Shown: positions 16,423-26,387 of the stretch, piece by piece
Layout of the letters: each line of letters starts with the position of its first letter
How positions within the stretch are numbered: position 1 is the first letter of the stretch
Source: Candidatus Shapirobacteria bacterium
Lineage (GTDB): Bacteria; Patescibacteriota; Microgenomatia; UBA12405; JAUWLS01
NCBI GenBank assembly: GCA_030613565.1
Contig: JAUWLS010000002.1
Span: forward strand, 2,321 to 66,320
DNA: 64,000 nt
Direction: 5' to 3'
Notes under the pieces: generated by a model
Told to the model about the DNA's origin: nothing
Databases searched by the model: none
Seen by the model: the letters and a program-made list of their open reading frames with translations, nothing else
Made by a program: the position numbers and the translations under genes

Positions 16423-18618
16423 TTACTTTTTAGGTTTACCCCAGCGTTCTTGGGAGAGTCTGATTAGCTTTTCTTTTTGTTCGTTTCTGCAGTCAGGTAG
16501 AGGAAGAGTGGTTCCGTAGAAGGGGTCAGTGGTTTGATTGTCTATAGAAAGTTTAGAGAGGATTTGATAACGACCAATTTTTACTAATTCTTCTGGTGGG
16601 AAGTTTTTAAATCCGAATTCATTTGAAAGGATGCGGGCATCTTGAGAACCAACAACAAAAGAGATAAGGGTACCAACGTTTCCTAAAATAGCATCTTGGA
16701 TTTCTCGGTCAAGTTGATTCATGTATTGGTTAGCAACTGTGAGGTCAAGTTTGTATTTTCGGGCTTCAGAAACAATTTTTATAAAAGCGTTGGTAGCAAA
16801 ATTTTGAAACTCGTCGACAAAGAGGTAGAAATCTTTTCTTTCTGATTCGTGTTGGAAAACACGATTCATGGCAGCAAGTTGGATTTGGGTAATAAGCATG
16901 GCTCCTAAGAGGGCAGAGTTGTCTTCACCCAGCTTTCCAGAAGAGAGGTCAGCGATGAAGATTTTTTTGTTGTCCATAATGGATTGAATGTTGATGCGAC
17001 TTTTTTCGTGACAAACAGTGTTTCTTATGAAAGGGGAGGCGACAAATTGACCAACTTTATTGAGAATTGGAGAGATGGCTTCATTTTGGAAACGGGGGGC
17101 CATTTTGTCATATTCATTGATCCAGAAATTTTTAAGGACGCGGTCGTCGAGTTTTTCAAGTATCTTTCCTCGGTAATGGGAATTGGTGAGGATTTCTATA
17201 ATGTTACCTAAGTGGGCTCCAGGAACGCCGGTGAGGGTGAGGAGGGTATTTCTGAGGATATGTTCCATGCGGGGTCCCCAGGAATGACCATATAGTTTTT
17301 TGAAGACAGAGATGGTGGCGGAGGCAATTAGATCTTTTTGAGATTCTGTTTGAGCTTCAAGCATGTTTAAGGGGTAGACGTAGTCGGGATCGGCGGGGTT
17401 AAAGTAGCAAACGTCATTGGTACGGTGTTTGGGAATGTACTGAAGAATGATGTCACAAAGATCACCGTGGGGATCAATGACACCAACACCTTCTCCTTTT
17501 CTAATATCTTCAATGATCATGTTGGCCAAAAGCCAAGATTTACCAGTTCCAGTTTTTCCAATAATGTAGGTGTGACGGCGGCGGTCGGATCTTTTGATAC
17601 CGAAGGTAACAAGTTCGTTTTTGAATTCGGTTTTTCCAATGAAGGTGGTTTCTCTCTTTTCTTCGTCAGTCATGTTAGTAGCAACAGGAAGATTTTCAGG
17701 AGGGTAGGCAACAAGTTTTTGACCCCAGGAGATGTTGGGTAGACTAGTTAGGTGATTAGGAAAGTGCCAGAGGGCGGAAAGCTCTTCAATGTTTAGAACT
17801 TGAGAAGGAAGGCGGTTTGAAGGAAGGCGGTTTAAAACAGAGTCTTTGAGAGTTTTTTTAGAAAAAGAGCCAGGTTGAACTTTTTTTAACATATTTCCCT
17901 GGGGATTAGTGTAGATTCCAAAAGAGGCTGTTTCAGACTGAAGAAGTAAGGGAGAGTTGGTTAAAAGGTTGATTTGGGTTAAAAGGCCAGGTTGTTTAAT
18001 CTTTTGTTCAAAGACTTGCTTGTCAGGATGGGCTTGTCTAAAGTTTTTTTCTTTGTCAACCAAGATTCCGTTTCTAGCTAGAGAAGAGATGGGATTTTGC
18101 CAAGAAGGAGGAGCAGGAGACAAAATTATTTGATAGAGAAAGAAGTCGTCGTTTTTGTCACTTTTAGACAGGGGAGCAAGAATTGAGGTCAAGGGATCAG
18201 TGTCTTTAAAGTCTTGATGAGTTTTTAGGGGGTAGTAGTAGGAGCGAGTGAGGGTAAGTTGGGCAAGAATGTTTTGGGAATTATGGGGATCGAGGGTGGG
18301 GATATAGTCTTTGGTTTCTCTTAAGGCAGCGGAAGGAAACTGGGCCAGAATTTGAGATTGAATGTAGTGGATAGAAGAGGCGGGACAGGCAACAAAAAAA
18401 GAAATTTGTTGATTGTAGAGAAGGATCTCTAGAGAACAGATAGTTTTTTTCTTTCTTAAGATTTTTTCTAGAAAAGATTTTTTAGAATGAACACCAAGGT
18501 TGGCTAAAAGGGAAGCCATTTGTTCGGCACCGAACTCGTTTTCTTTAGGAAGGCGAACTTCAAAGATGGTGAATTCTTCTTTTTTAGATTTGGAAGCTGG
18601 AGTTTCTTCTGGGGACAT
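16423..18618 (-). CDS. P-loop NTPase of the FtsK/HerA/VirD4(TraG)-like superfamily
   Basis: Walker A IIGKTGTGKSWL, Walker B FYLFVDEFQNF, 731 aa, no N-terminal transmembrane helices. Confidence 0.5.
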   Translation of the reverse strand: MSPEETPASKSKKEEFTIFEVRLPKENEFGAEQMASLLANLGVHSKKSFLEKILRKKKTICSLEILLYNQQISFFVACPASSIHYIQSQILAQFPSAALRETKDYIPTLDPHNSQNILAQLTLTRSYYYPLKTHQDFKDTDPLTSILAPLSKSDKNDDFFLYQIILSPAPPSWQNPISSLARNGILVDKEKNFRQAHPDKQVFEQKIKQPGLLTQINLLTNSPLLLQSETASFGIYTNPQGNMLKKVQPGSFSKKTLKDSVLNRLPSNRLPSQVLNIEELSALWHFPNHLTSLPNISWGQKLVAYPPENLPVATNMTDEEKRETTFIGKTEFKNELVTFGIKRSDRRRHTYIIGKTGTGKSWLLANMIIEDIRKGEGVGVIDPHGDLCDIILQYIPKHRTNDVCYFNPADPDYVYPLNMLEAQTESQKDLIASATISVFKKLYGHSWGPRMEHILRNTLLTLTGVPGAHLGNIIEILTNSHYRGKILEKLDDRVLKNFWINEYDKMAPRFQNEAISPILNKVGQFVASPFIRNTVCHEKSRINIQSIMDNKKIFIADLSSGKLGEDNSALLGAMLITQIQLAAMNRVFQHESERKDFYLFVDEFQNFATNAFIKIVSEARKYKLDLTVANQYMNQLDREIQDAILGNVGTLISFVVGSQDARILSNEFGFKNFPPEELVKIGRYQILSKLSIDNQTTDPFYGTTLPLPDCRNEQKEKLIRLSQERWGKPKK

Positions 18619-19531
18619 TAGGTAAATGATAGCAGAACTTGGTTATGATGGGGTAAAATAGGGGTATGAATGGACAACAAAGAGAAGGGAGACGGTTGCA
18701 GAGCGATAGAGCGTGTTCTGAGGTTCCTATTCAAGGGTTATGGAGGCAGGATGAGATGTGGGCCAGGAAGTGGCCAAGGATAAATCAGAGAAGGCAGAGA
18801 ATGTTGGATCAGTGGAACAATGCTCCTCCGATCTTGAGAATAACAGGTACAAGGTTGGGGTAGGTTTTTTGTGGTATAAGGTTTTAATATGCCAAGAGAT
18901 GAAAACGGTGTTCTTAGACCATATCATTATTCAGAAATAGCTCATATACAAGATTCCGCATCAAGGAGGGGGACTGCACTTAATGAGTGGAGGAATTCTA
19001 GAGGGGAAAGAATGTATGGTACTACTGGTTGGTTAAGAGTTAAGGAAAAATATGCTCGAAAAACGGAGACTAGAGCTGCAAAGAGGGAGGAAGGAAGGAA
19101 GGAAAGCACAACTCAGGACAAGGAATGCCAGAAGAAGACTGTCTGAGGGTTTTGATACAGGGAGTGATCACAGGACAAGAGGTTTGGGTGGAAAACGTCG
19201 TAGAAGTTTTCAAGACTTTCTTATAATAGAGTGATTGATTTCTTATAGGACTTTTAGTATAATCCCACATGTCGGCCAAATTAGCAAAAAGCGCTAAACA
19301 AGGACGATGTATGCGTCCCAGGTAAGTAACCTATTTATAGGTATAACTGACTGGGATTTTTTTGTACCCTAATTGGTTTTTGTGACAAATTGCGTTACTA
19401 AAATTATAGGGTAGAACTTTAAAAACACAGACAAAAGACTTAAAAAGAGATTTCTAGTCCAACCAAGCTTGGTTGGGGCTGATTTTGGTTGGATTAGAAA
19501 TCGTGTAAAAAGACCGAAAAAAGGAGGATGA

Positions 19532-21148
19532 ATGCAGAAAAAGATTTTTGCATTAGTCCTCCTGGGACTAATGCTGACAACCTTCGTCCCTGTGGCTTTG
19601 GCCCGGGGACTTGACGAAGTGCTGCCCGGATATTTGTACCCACCATTGGAGGGGTACTATCGTGTGCGGCGGCCCAACCCAGCCAGCAATGATTGGGGTG
19701 TCCATGGTTTGGGCACTTCAGTTGTTTGGTTGGGAACCGACTTGACTGCCCAGTACGGGGATGCGATTTATGCGCCCTTTGCTGGGGTGGCTGTAAGTGG
19801 GGAGGAACCCACAGCCACAGGGTCAAGATGGTGGGTAGAGGTGACAGGGACCGGGCCCTGGGAAAAATGGGTGGTTCGTTATCTTCACTTGGAGGCAGAA
19901 GGTATTGTCGAAGGTGAGGTGCGGGCAACCCAAAAGATAGGACACCAGACGGATCACATTCACACAACAGTTCTTTGTTGCCAAAATGTGGAGCGTCGGG
20001 TAGGGTGCAGGAATGTACCCATCTTGTCTTTGATTTCCAGAGGGTCTTGGCCTGGTGGGTGGTATCCGACGGATCCAGAGTTTGTCGATGGCTACGTGCC
20101 GGAGACGAAAGAACTTGAGATTCCAGAGGGTGCCGGCTCTCCGAGCTGGGACCAGAACTGGTCTGACACTGGAAAACCCGGAAGTGGTCTGTCTTTAGGA
20201 AGGTCGTACCTTCCGGATTGGGGATGGACTGGCGAAGCCCTGAGGATTCTTCTCTGGGTTTTTGTTTTACTTCTGGGTTATGTGTTCGTTGCTGGTTGGT
20301 GGGGGAAAGTGACCAATCGGCGACGAATGAAGGTGTTGGTGAGGTTTTTTAGACTGCTGCCGACACTCCTGTGGTGTTTTGAGAATGCGGTACTGCTTTT
20401 TTTGGGGTACTGTGTTCTTCTCATGGGAGGAGTGGTGGTCTTGAAACCTCAGGTTTGGTCAGCGCTTGTTTTTAAGGTGTTGCGCATTGACTGGTGGGTA
20501 TATCTGGGAATCGCAGTAATTGGATTCCTGGCTTACTCGCTGTTCAAGCGTGGGCCTTACAGTAAGTTGAAGCTGATCTTTGTTACTGTTCCATGGGTAG
20601 CGGTTTTGATTGCTACTCAGGTTTTTGGGGCAGTTGACGGGATCGGTTTTGACCAGCCGTGGTGGGGGGGAATGGCTCCCAGCGCGCCTGAATTTCCAGG
20701 TGTCGAGCTGACTTGGTGGAACGGGAACGAGTTTGTTCTCAATCCGCCGGAGAAGGTTTGGCAAGATATTTGGGATGCGGGACGATGGGGAGGAACGGAC
20801 CCGGTATATCTGTTATGCCTGGGAAGTAGCGAAAGTACCAGTTTCTGGGAAAGCGCTGCTTGTTCAGGTGTCGGAGCCTGTGGGCCTTACCAATTTATTG
20901 GTGAGACTTGGCTGAGATATCAGCCATGGGCGACGGCAGACAGGTTCGCTTGGCCAGATGCGGCCTACGGGGCGGCGATAATGGCAAGAGAGCTTGCTCT
21001 CGATGGCTATTATGCTTCTTTAGAGGAGCATCGGGCTCGGTTTACCGGGGCAGACGGTGGGCTTGTCTGGAATAGACACACCAGTCAAGCTGATTACACC
21101 TTTCAGTGTGTCAGAGAAGTGGAAGAAATATTAGGAGGTTTACCATGA
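19532..21148 (+). CDS. multidomain peptidoglycan hydrolase: M23 peptidase + 4 transmembrane helices + lytic transglycosylase (SLT)
   Basis: Signal peptide; M23 motifs YGDAIYAPFAGV and KIGHQTDHIHTTV (HxH); four hydrophobic helices; C-terminal SLT motif GSSESTSFWESAACSGVGACGPYQFIGETW; strong SD AAGGAGGA; GC-rich. Confidence 0.6.
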   Translation: MQKKIFALVLLGLMLTTFVPVALARGLDEVLPGYLYPPLEGYYRVRRPNPASNDWGVHGLGTSVVWLGTDLTAQYGDAIYAPFAGVAVSGEEPTATGSRWWVEVTGTGPWEKWVVRYLHLEAEGIVEGEVRATQKIGHQTDHIHTTVLCCQNVERRVGCRNVPILSLISRGSWPGGWYPTDPEFVDGYVPETKELEIPEGAGSPSWDQNWSDTGKPGSGLSLGRSYLPDWGWTGEALRILLWVFVLLLGYVFVAGWWGKVTNRRRMKVLVRFFRLLPTLLWCFENAVLLFLGYCVLLMGGVVVLKPQVWSALVFKVLRIDWWVYLGIAVIGFLAYSLFKRGPYSKLKLIFVTVPWVAVLIATQVFGAVDGIGFDQPWWGGMAPSAPEFPGVELTWWNGNEFVLNPPEKVWQDIWDAGRWGGTDPVYLLCLGSSESTSFWESAACSGVGACGPYQFIGETWLRYQPWATADRFAWPDAAYGAAIMARELALDGYYASLEEHRARFTGADGGLVWNRHTSQADYTFQCVREVEEILGGLP

Positions 21149-22119
21149 CCTTAATGGGTTTAGTACTTCGTCTAGCAGGAATTGCTTTGACAATTTGGAT
21201 TTACAAGCAGTTTTTGTACGTTGCAAAAGCAGGGTGGAAGGGGGTCTTTGTTGCCTTCTTCTTCTCTTTCTTGGTTGCCTTTGGATTCGCTCCCTTACGG
21301 GATGCGTTTCTGAATGACTCCTACGAGACGCAGGTGGTTATCTCGGAGCACCCTGCGACGGAGGAGATCGTGGCAGAAGCTGATCAGGTGGTGGAGCAGG
21401 CCTTGGTGAAGCTGAATATCAAGGAAAAAGAGGGGATGGCTGGTATCGAGATTCAAAACTCCCCATTTTCTAGCGGAGAAGTTCACTTGAGCTATGTCGA
21501 GGAAGTAGTCTTCAAGGAAGGTAATGACCTTGAGACCTCTTTCAAATCCTGGCTTCGTGGAAAACTTGCCGCTCTCAAAGAAGAGGAAATCGATCCCTCT
21601 GCTTTCCCAGAGGCTTGTACTACTGTCTTTTTAAATATCGACCGTGGTGCCGGTATTTTTACAAAGAACACCTATGAGCTGGTACTAGAGTGCCCGCTGG
21701 TCTTTGAAGGACGGTGGTTGATGAACATCTCAAAAAAGCTGGGCGAGCTTTTTGACGGCCAGTTTGATGAGGACGAGAGGAATGCCTGGCAAGGGGAGAT
21801 GCAGGATTGGGAAGAAAAGTGTACAACGTGTTGGGAAACAGTCCGAACTCCTGTCCAGCCGGAGTTCCAAGCTCAGCCCGATCCCCAGCCGGAACCTCAG
21901 CAGGATGCCCAACCCGAACATCCGGAATCCGCCTGCCCCGAGGGGTGGGTTGTTGTTCCTGGTATCCAATACCTTGCGGTTGAGGGTGGTGGGGAGTGGC
22001 ATGAAGCTACAGGAACGGTTTGGACTGAAACTAGTCTGACGGGCGTTGAAAAAAACGGTCTTTGCGAGACGGCTTTGGCCGGCTCAGTGGGGACGGTTTT
22101 TGTAGACCCCCCTCAGTAG
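21145..22119 (+). CDS. membrane-anchored hypothetical protein with acidic/Pro-Gln-rich region
   Basis: ATGA overlap with upstream stop; two N-terminal transmembrane helices; PEFQAQPDPQPEPQQDAQPEHPE low-complexity segment. Confidence 0.45.
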   Translation: MTLMGLVLRLAGIALTIWIYKQFLYVAKAGWKGVFVAFFFSFLVAFGFAPLRDAFLNDSYETQVVISEHPATEEIVAEADQVVEQALVKLNIKEKEGMAGIEIQNSPFSSGEVHLSYVEEVVFKEGNDLETSFKSWLRGKLAALKEEEIDPSAFPEACTTVFLNIDRGAGIFTKNTYELVLECPLVFEGRWLMNISKKLGELFDGQFDEDERNAWQGEMQDWEEKCTTCWETVRTPVQPEFQAQPDPQPEPQQDAQPEHPESACPEGWVVVPGIQYLAVEGGGEWHEATGTVWTETSLTGVEKNGLCETALAGSVGTVFVDPPQ

Positions 22120-22407
22120 AGGTGGAGGGCGCGGTTGCGTTTGGGATAACAAATTACCATCGAGTTTTCTCCTAAAAGCCAAGAGGCAGGAGCGAGAAAA
22201 CCCAAGGTTGGTGGGCCCCCAGACAGACTGCGCCCCCCTTAGGGGGCGCATCGTTGGTGTTGGGAGAGTCTTTTGTCTGTGTAGTTGTCTTCTGGTAGAT
22301 CCAGAACTGATGAGACCGTTAAGGTCGAAACAACTTTATTTTTTATGGTTTTAGGTATATAATATGGCTCATATTTTAATAATAAAAGTTACTTTTTAAA
22401 AAATTTT

Positions 22408-23055
22408 ATGTCAGAATATTATCCAAATGATCTTTTAAGAGATGGTCAAATTGAAATGGGTACTTGGGAACCTCCAAAACCAAGAAAACCGTTATTGGGT
22501 GGGGAAAGAAGGACTAAAATTGCTGGTGCTTTAAGAGATCTTGGTGCTGGTACTGAAGATTTGGATGCTAGACCAAGAAGAAGAGTGATTATGGATGAGA
22601 ATGGTGATTATTTAGAGGTGGTTGGTCAGAGATCTGTTTGGAGAGATGTTCTTTCAGCGATTGGTTCTGGCGGGGAGGATGGAGATGTTGAAGATATACA
22701 GCTATTTCCTAAAATTCCATTGTCTAGCGCCAAGGGAGCATTGAGAGTTGGTAAGGTTGTGGGAAAAGATGTGTTAAAGGGAGGGGCAATAACAGGTAAG
22801 TTTTTGGGGAGGGCTACTTGGGGAGGAGCAAAAGGTATTGCTAGACTGGCGGCTTTGGTTTTGTCAGGAGGGACTTCAGAGGTTGCTTCAACTGCGTGGA
22901 AGGTTATTAGACCCAGAAAGGTGAAGATAAAGACTAACTTACTTAGTTCTCCACCAGTAAGAGAACTATCGGCTCCCAAAAAGAGACAATTGGGCATGGA
23001 TGACACTATTCTTGGCCCTGGTGGGAGATATAAGATAGTTACAAATAAAAGATAA
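22408..23055 (+). CDS. hypothetical protein
   Basis: 215-aa ORF preceded by TATATAAT-like and AT-rich promoter region; Arg/Gly-rich, unlike host K-bias. Confidence 0.4.
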   Translation: MSEYYPNDLLRDGQIEMGTWEPPKPRKPLLGGERRTKIAGALRDLGAGTEDLDARPRRRVIMDENGDYLEVVGQRSVWRDVLSAIGSGGEDGDVEDIQLFPKIPLSSAKGALRVGKVVGKDVLKGGAITGKFLGRATWGGAKGIARLAALVLSGGTSEVASTAWKVIRPRKVKIKTNLLSSPPVRELSAPKKRQLGMDDTILGPGGRYKIVTNKR

Positions 23056-23064
23056 TTTTTTAAC

Positions 23065-24681
23065 ATGAGTCCTGAAGAGAGTTTTTTAGCTACTGATTGG
23101 CTCCAAGAAGGCCAAAGATCAATGGGAATGCCAGTAAATGGTAGAAAAAAAAGATCTGTGGTCCAAGCCCTTGTTCGGGGGATTGTTAGTGCAGGAAGCA
23201 CTCTTTCGGATGAGGCAAGAATGGAAGAACGTCAGGTTCTGGTGAATGGAAGGAGAGAATTTTTGGAGGATGATCATGATGAAAGGAGAGGAAACAATGG
23301 AGAAAAAGAGGCCACGTGGCTGGAAAGGACTTGGTTCAATTTCCTTAGAATGGGAGAAGGTCTTGAAGAATATCCCCCTAGTTTTTTTGAAGGTTTGGTT
23401 ATGAGAGCAGGGACCTTTGTTTTAGAAAGGTCGCCTTTGGCTCCCAAGGTACCTAATAGGGGTTTTGTTGATGAGCTGGAAGAATCTGTTAGTCTTGCCT
23501 TAGGAAGAGAGGAAGAGGCAGAGATTCCAATGAGACAAAGACTGGTGAGACGATTTTTACTTGAAGAGGGAGGGGAGCTAACAGAGGAAGAGTGGGCAAT
23601 AAGAGAAAATTTGGATGCCTACGCAAGGCCCGAAGATAGAATAAATGTGGTGGTTAATTCCATAGTTAATAGAGCCAGAGATAATGTGCGGGCTTTGAGG
23701 GCAATTTCTGCAGGAGCTGATGATGGTTGGTTTTTTGTTGGTCCTAAGATTAACGTCAAAGAGAGAAGGGTAAATTTGTTTCAGACTGCAGTTGCAGGAG
23801 CAGAATTTAGAATTGAAGGGTTTAAGGTTCAAGATGGTAATATAGTGGCAATTAAACCAGGTAGGACCGGTGATGACGTCCCTATATCCCTTTTGGCTTT
23901 AGGAGGTGAACGACCAGAGGTAACAATGATGCCTGGTGACCCTGCTTGGGCAGATATCTTAAGAAAGGGAGTAAGGCTTATTAAAAAAGATTATAAACCA
24001 CCAGTTTCGAGAGTTTATTTTGTTCCAACAGGTCAGATTAGTGATTGGAAAGCAGGACAGGGCGGTCAGGAAGTGGTTTTTATAGTGGTTGATGATGCTA
24101 GGAACACAATAAAAGGGATAAGAAGGGTGGCGGATGACCTGGTTGATTTTGTATGGGGGAAAAAGGCAGAGATTGGTCCACCAATTAGGCTGAAAAACCT
24201 TTTACCTGTTCCAGAAGAGCAGAAGATTGCTCAAAAAAGAATTGTTTCAGCCATTGAACAAGACAAGGTTAGAGCTAAAAAAAGAATGGGAAAAAATGGT
24301 GATGTTGGGGGTGGAGGTAAGATCACTTCTTCGATTGCAAAAAAGAGAAGTGGATTTTTCAAAAAACTGTTTGATGGGGCTGGCAGCGCTGAGGATGGGA
24401 TTTTTATTCGTTTAATCAGGGAAAAAAAGTTGCAAAAGAGAAAGAAGAAAAGTGGTTTGATTGAAATAGAAAGGGGTCTCTTTGAACTTGGTACATCTTT
24501 TGAAAAGTGGAAAAACAGAGGAGAGATGGCCTGGAGAGAAGCGATGAGTAGAGGGGAAATAGATCTTAGTACAAATGAGCCCAAAGTTGGGAGTCATGCG
24601 CATGGTACCTATTCACATGCCAGAAGGAGAGCCCAAGAGGCTCAGAAAAATATTCGTAGATTAAAAAGTGAACTTAACTAA
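23065..24681 (+). CDS. hypothetical protein
   Basis: 538-aa ORF, GC-rich, no recognised motifs. Confidence 0.4.
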   Translation: MSPEESFLATDWLQEGQRSMGMPVNGRKKRSVVQALVRGIVSAGSTLSDEARMEERQVLVNGRREFLEDDHDERRGNNGEKEATWLERTWFNFLRMGEGLEEYPPSFFEGLVMRAGTFVLERSPLAPKVPNRGFVDELEESVSLALGREEEAEIPMRQRLVRRFLLEEGGELTEEEWAIRENLDAYARPEDRINVVVNSIVNRARDNVRALRAISAGADDGWFFVGPKINVKERRVNLFQTAVAGAEFRIEGFKVQDGNIVAIKPGRTGDDVPISLLALGGERPEVTMMPGDPAWADILRKGVRLIKKDYKPPVSRVYFVPTGQISDWKAGQGGQEVVFIVVDDARNTIKGIRRVADDLVDFVWGKKAEIGPPIRLKNLLPVPEEQKIAQKRIVSAIEQDKVRAKKRMGKNGDVGGGGKITSSIAKKRSGFFKKLFDGAGSAEDGIFIRLIREKKLQKRKKKSGLIEIERGLFELGTSFEKWKNRGEMAWREAMSRGEIDLSTNEPKVGSHAHGTYSHARRRAQEAQKNIRRLKSELN

Positions 24682-24696
24682 ACTAGATGTTCGTTG

Positions 24697-24705
24697 TGGT
24701 ATAAT
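24697..24705 (+). promoter_or_regulatory. extended -10 promoter element (TGgTATAAT) upstream of rpsB
   Basis: TGGTATAAT about 80 nt upstream of the rpsB ATG. Confidence 0.35.
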
Positions 24706-24787
24706 TTCTACCTAGTATCAGGTTTGAAGGATTTTCCTGGCTTATAGCCTTTTTTCAAACCCTTAGTTATTAATAAGGAAAATTATT

Positions 24788-25585
24788 ATGAAAACAAAAA
24801 AAACAGCTAAAAAAGGGAAGACTGTAAAGAAAAGGTACGAATTATCAATCAATCTTAAAGATCTACTTGAGGCGGGAGTGCATTTTGGACACAGACTATC
24901 AAAGACACATCCTGGATCTAGAGATTATGTCTATACGGTCAAGGATGGGGCTCAGATCATTGATTTGGGAGAAACCTATAAAGGGTTAGAGAAAGCATGT
25001 GCATATTTACATGATTTGGCCAAGAATGGAAAAACAGTGGTTTTTGTGGGAACCAAAAGAGCAGCTAAGGAAATAATTAAGAAAGAGGCAGTGAGATTAG
25101 GAATGCCTTGGGTAACTACTCGATGGCTTGGCGGAACTATAAGTAATTGGGATCAGATAAAGAAAAATGTAGCTCGGTTGGAAAAAATTAAAGCTGATCT
25201 GAAAAAGGGAGTAGAAGGAAGAACTAAAAAAGAAATTTCTGATATGAGAAAAGAGATGGCAAAACTTGAAAAGTTTGTAGGAGGACTTCCCAAAGCAGGA
25301 AGCCTTTTTGATGCCATGATTGTGGTTGATATTAAACAAGAAAAAACAGCGATTAGAGAAGCTAAAAAGAAAGGTATTCCAGTAGTTGCTATGGTGGATA
25401 CTAATGTAGATGGAACTCTAGTTGATTATCCAGTTGCTGGAAATGATGACGCTAAAAAGAGTGTAGGAATCATTATTTCAGAATTAGGAAAAGCAGTTGA
25501 AAAAGGTTTGGGTACAAAAATGCCTAAAGTTGTAAAAAAAGTTAAAAAAGTTAAAAAAACAGAAAAGAAGGAGGATAAGAAATGA
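24788..25585 (+). CDS. rpsB: 30S ribosomal protein S2
   Basis: LLEAGVHFGH, VFVGTKRAA, PVVAMVDTN conserved S2 blocks; K-rich tail. Confidence 0.9.
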   Translation: MKTKKTAKKGKTVKKRYELSINLKDLLEAGVHFGHRLSKTHPGSRDYVYTVKDGAQIIDLGETYKGLEKACAYLHDLAKNGKTVVFVGTKRAAKEIIKKEAVRLGMPWVTTRWLGGTISNWDQIKKNVARLEKIKADLKKGVEGRTKKEISDMRKEMAKLEKFVGGLPKAGSLFDAMIVVDIKQEKTAIREAKKKGIPVVAMVDTNVDGTLVDYPVAGNDDAKKSVGIIISELGKAVEKGLGTKMPKVVKKVKKVKKTEKKEDKK

Positions 25586-26040
25586 GTGGAAAAATAGGAG
25601 TAGAACTAGTTAAGAAACTAAGGGGAGAGACTGGGGCTGGAATAATGGATTGTAAAAGAGCACTGTCTGAAACTAAGGGAGATGTTAAAAAAGCAAAAGA
25701 ATTTTTGAGAAAAAAGGGGTTGGAAAAAGCTCAAAAGAAAAAAGGTAGAGAAGTAAAAGCTGGGTTAGTTGCTACTTACACCCATACAACCGGAAGGGTG
25801 GGGGCAATGGTAGAGCTTTTTTGTGAAACTGACTTTGTGGCTAAAAATGAAAAATTTTCTCAGTTTGGAAAAGATCTTTGTTTACAAGTAGTTGCTTTAG
25901 AAGCTAAGGACAGTAAAGAACTAATGAAACAGGATTTCATTAAAGATGGGTCTTTAACAGTAGCTAAACTAGTAGACGAAATGATAAGTAAGTTTGGTGA
26001 GAATATAAAAGTGGGAAAGATTTACAGAGCAGAAGTCTAA
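25582..26040 (+). CDS. tsf: elongation factor Ts (short form)
   Basis: LRGETGAGIMDCKRAL (UBA-like N-terminus), VGAMVELFCETDFVAKN; overlaps the rpsB stop (ATGA). Confidence 0.8.
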   Translation: MSGKIGVELVKKLRGETGAGIMDCKRALSETKGDVKKAKEFLRKKGLEKAQKKKGREVKAGLVATYTHTTGRVGAMVELFCETDFVAKNEKFSQFGKDLCLQVVALEAKDSKELMKQDFIKDGSLTVAKLVDEMISKFGENIKVGKIYRAEV

Positions 26041-26064
26041 GAATAAAATTGGATAAAAATAAGG

Positions 26065-26092
26065 ATGGACCCTGAGGGGTCCATTTTTTTTA
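26065..26092. terminator. bidirectional rho-independent terminator
   Basis: ATGGACCC-TGAG-GGGTCCAT hairpin followed by T7 on plus and preceded by A-run (T-run on minus); lies between convergent tsf and 26099..26356. Confidence 0.65.
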
Positions 26093-26098
26093 TTAAGA

Positions 26099-26356
26099 TT
26101 ACTTTTTTCTGTTGACAAGGTAGTTTCCGATTTTTTTTCTTATTTGCTTGGAAGAAAGAGGTTTTTTGTTGGTCTTTAAAAAACCTTTGTGAGAGAGAAT
26201 GTCTTTGGTGGATTTTGTGGTGACAGTTTGATTAGGGGATTTTTTGAAATCAGACAGGTTTTTCATAAGTTTGGAGTTTTTAGATAAAAATTTATTTAAC
26301 CAGTCTTTGAGTTCGGGTGTGACTTTGGGTGGGGGAATGGTTTTTTTGATTGACAT
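26099..26356 (-). CDS. small basic hypothetical protein
   Basis: 85-aa K-rich ORF. Confidence 0.3.
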   Translation of the reverse strand: MSIKKTIPPPKVTPELKDWLNKFLSKNSKLMKNLSDFKKSPNQTVTTKSTKDILSHKGFLKTNKKPLSSKQIRKKIGNYLVNRKK

Positions 26357-26360
26357 GGTA

Positions 26361-26387
26361 ATGGTATTATAGTACCATTGGTATTAT
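26361..26387. promoter_or_regulatory. palindromic operator-like element ATGGTATTATAGTACCAT plus GGTATTAT direct repeat in divergent promoter region
   Basis: 18-nt near-perfect palindrome with one G-T mismatch; GGTATTAT repeated at 26363 and 26380; second copy overlaps the RHH start codon. Confidence 0.4.

Noticed and set aside
19494-19967. 157-aa minus-strand ORF at the island
   Set aside because: Antisense to the 5' part of the M23-SLT gene, which has a signal peptide, clear motifs and a strong SD. The ORF is an artefact of GC-rich sequence with fewer stops.
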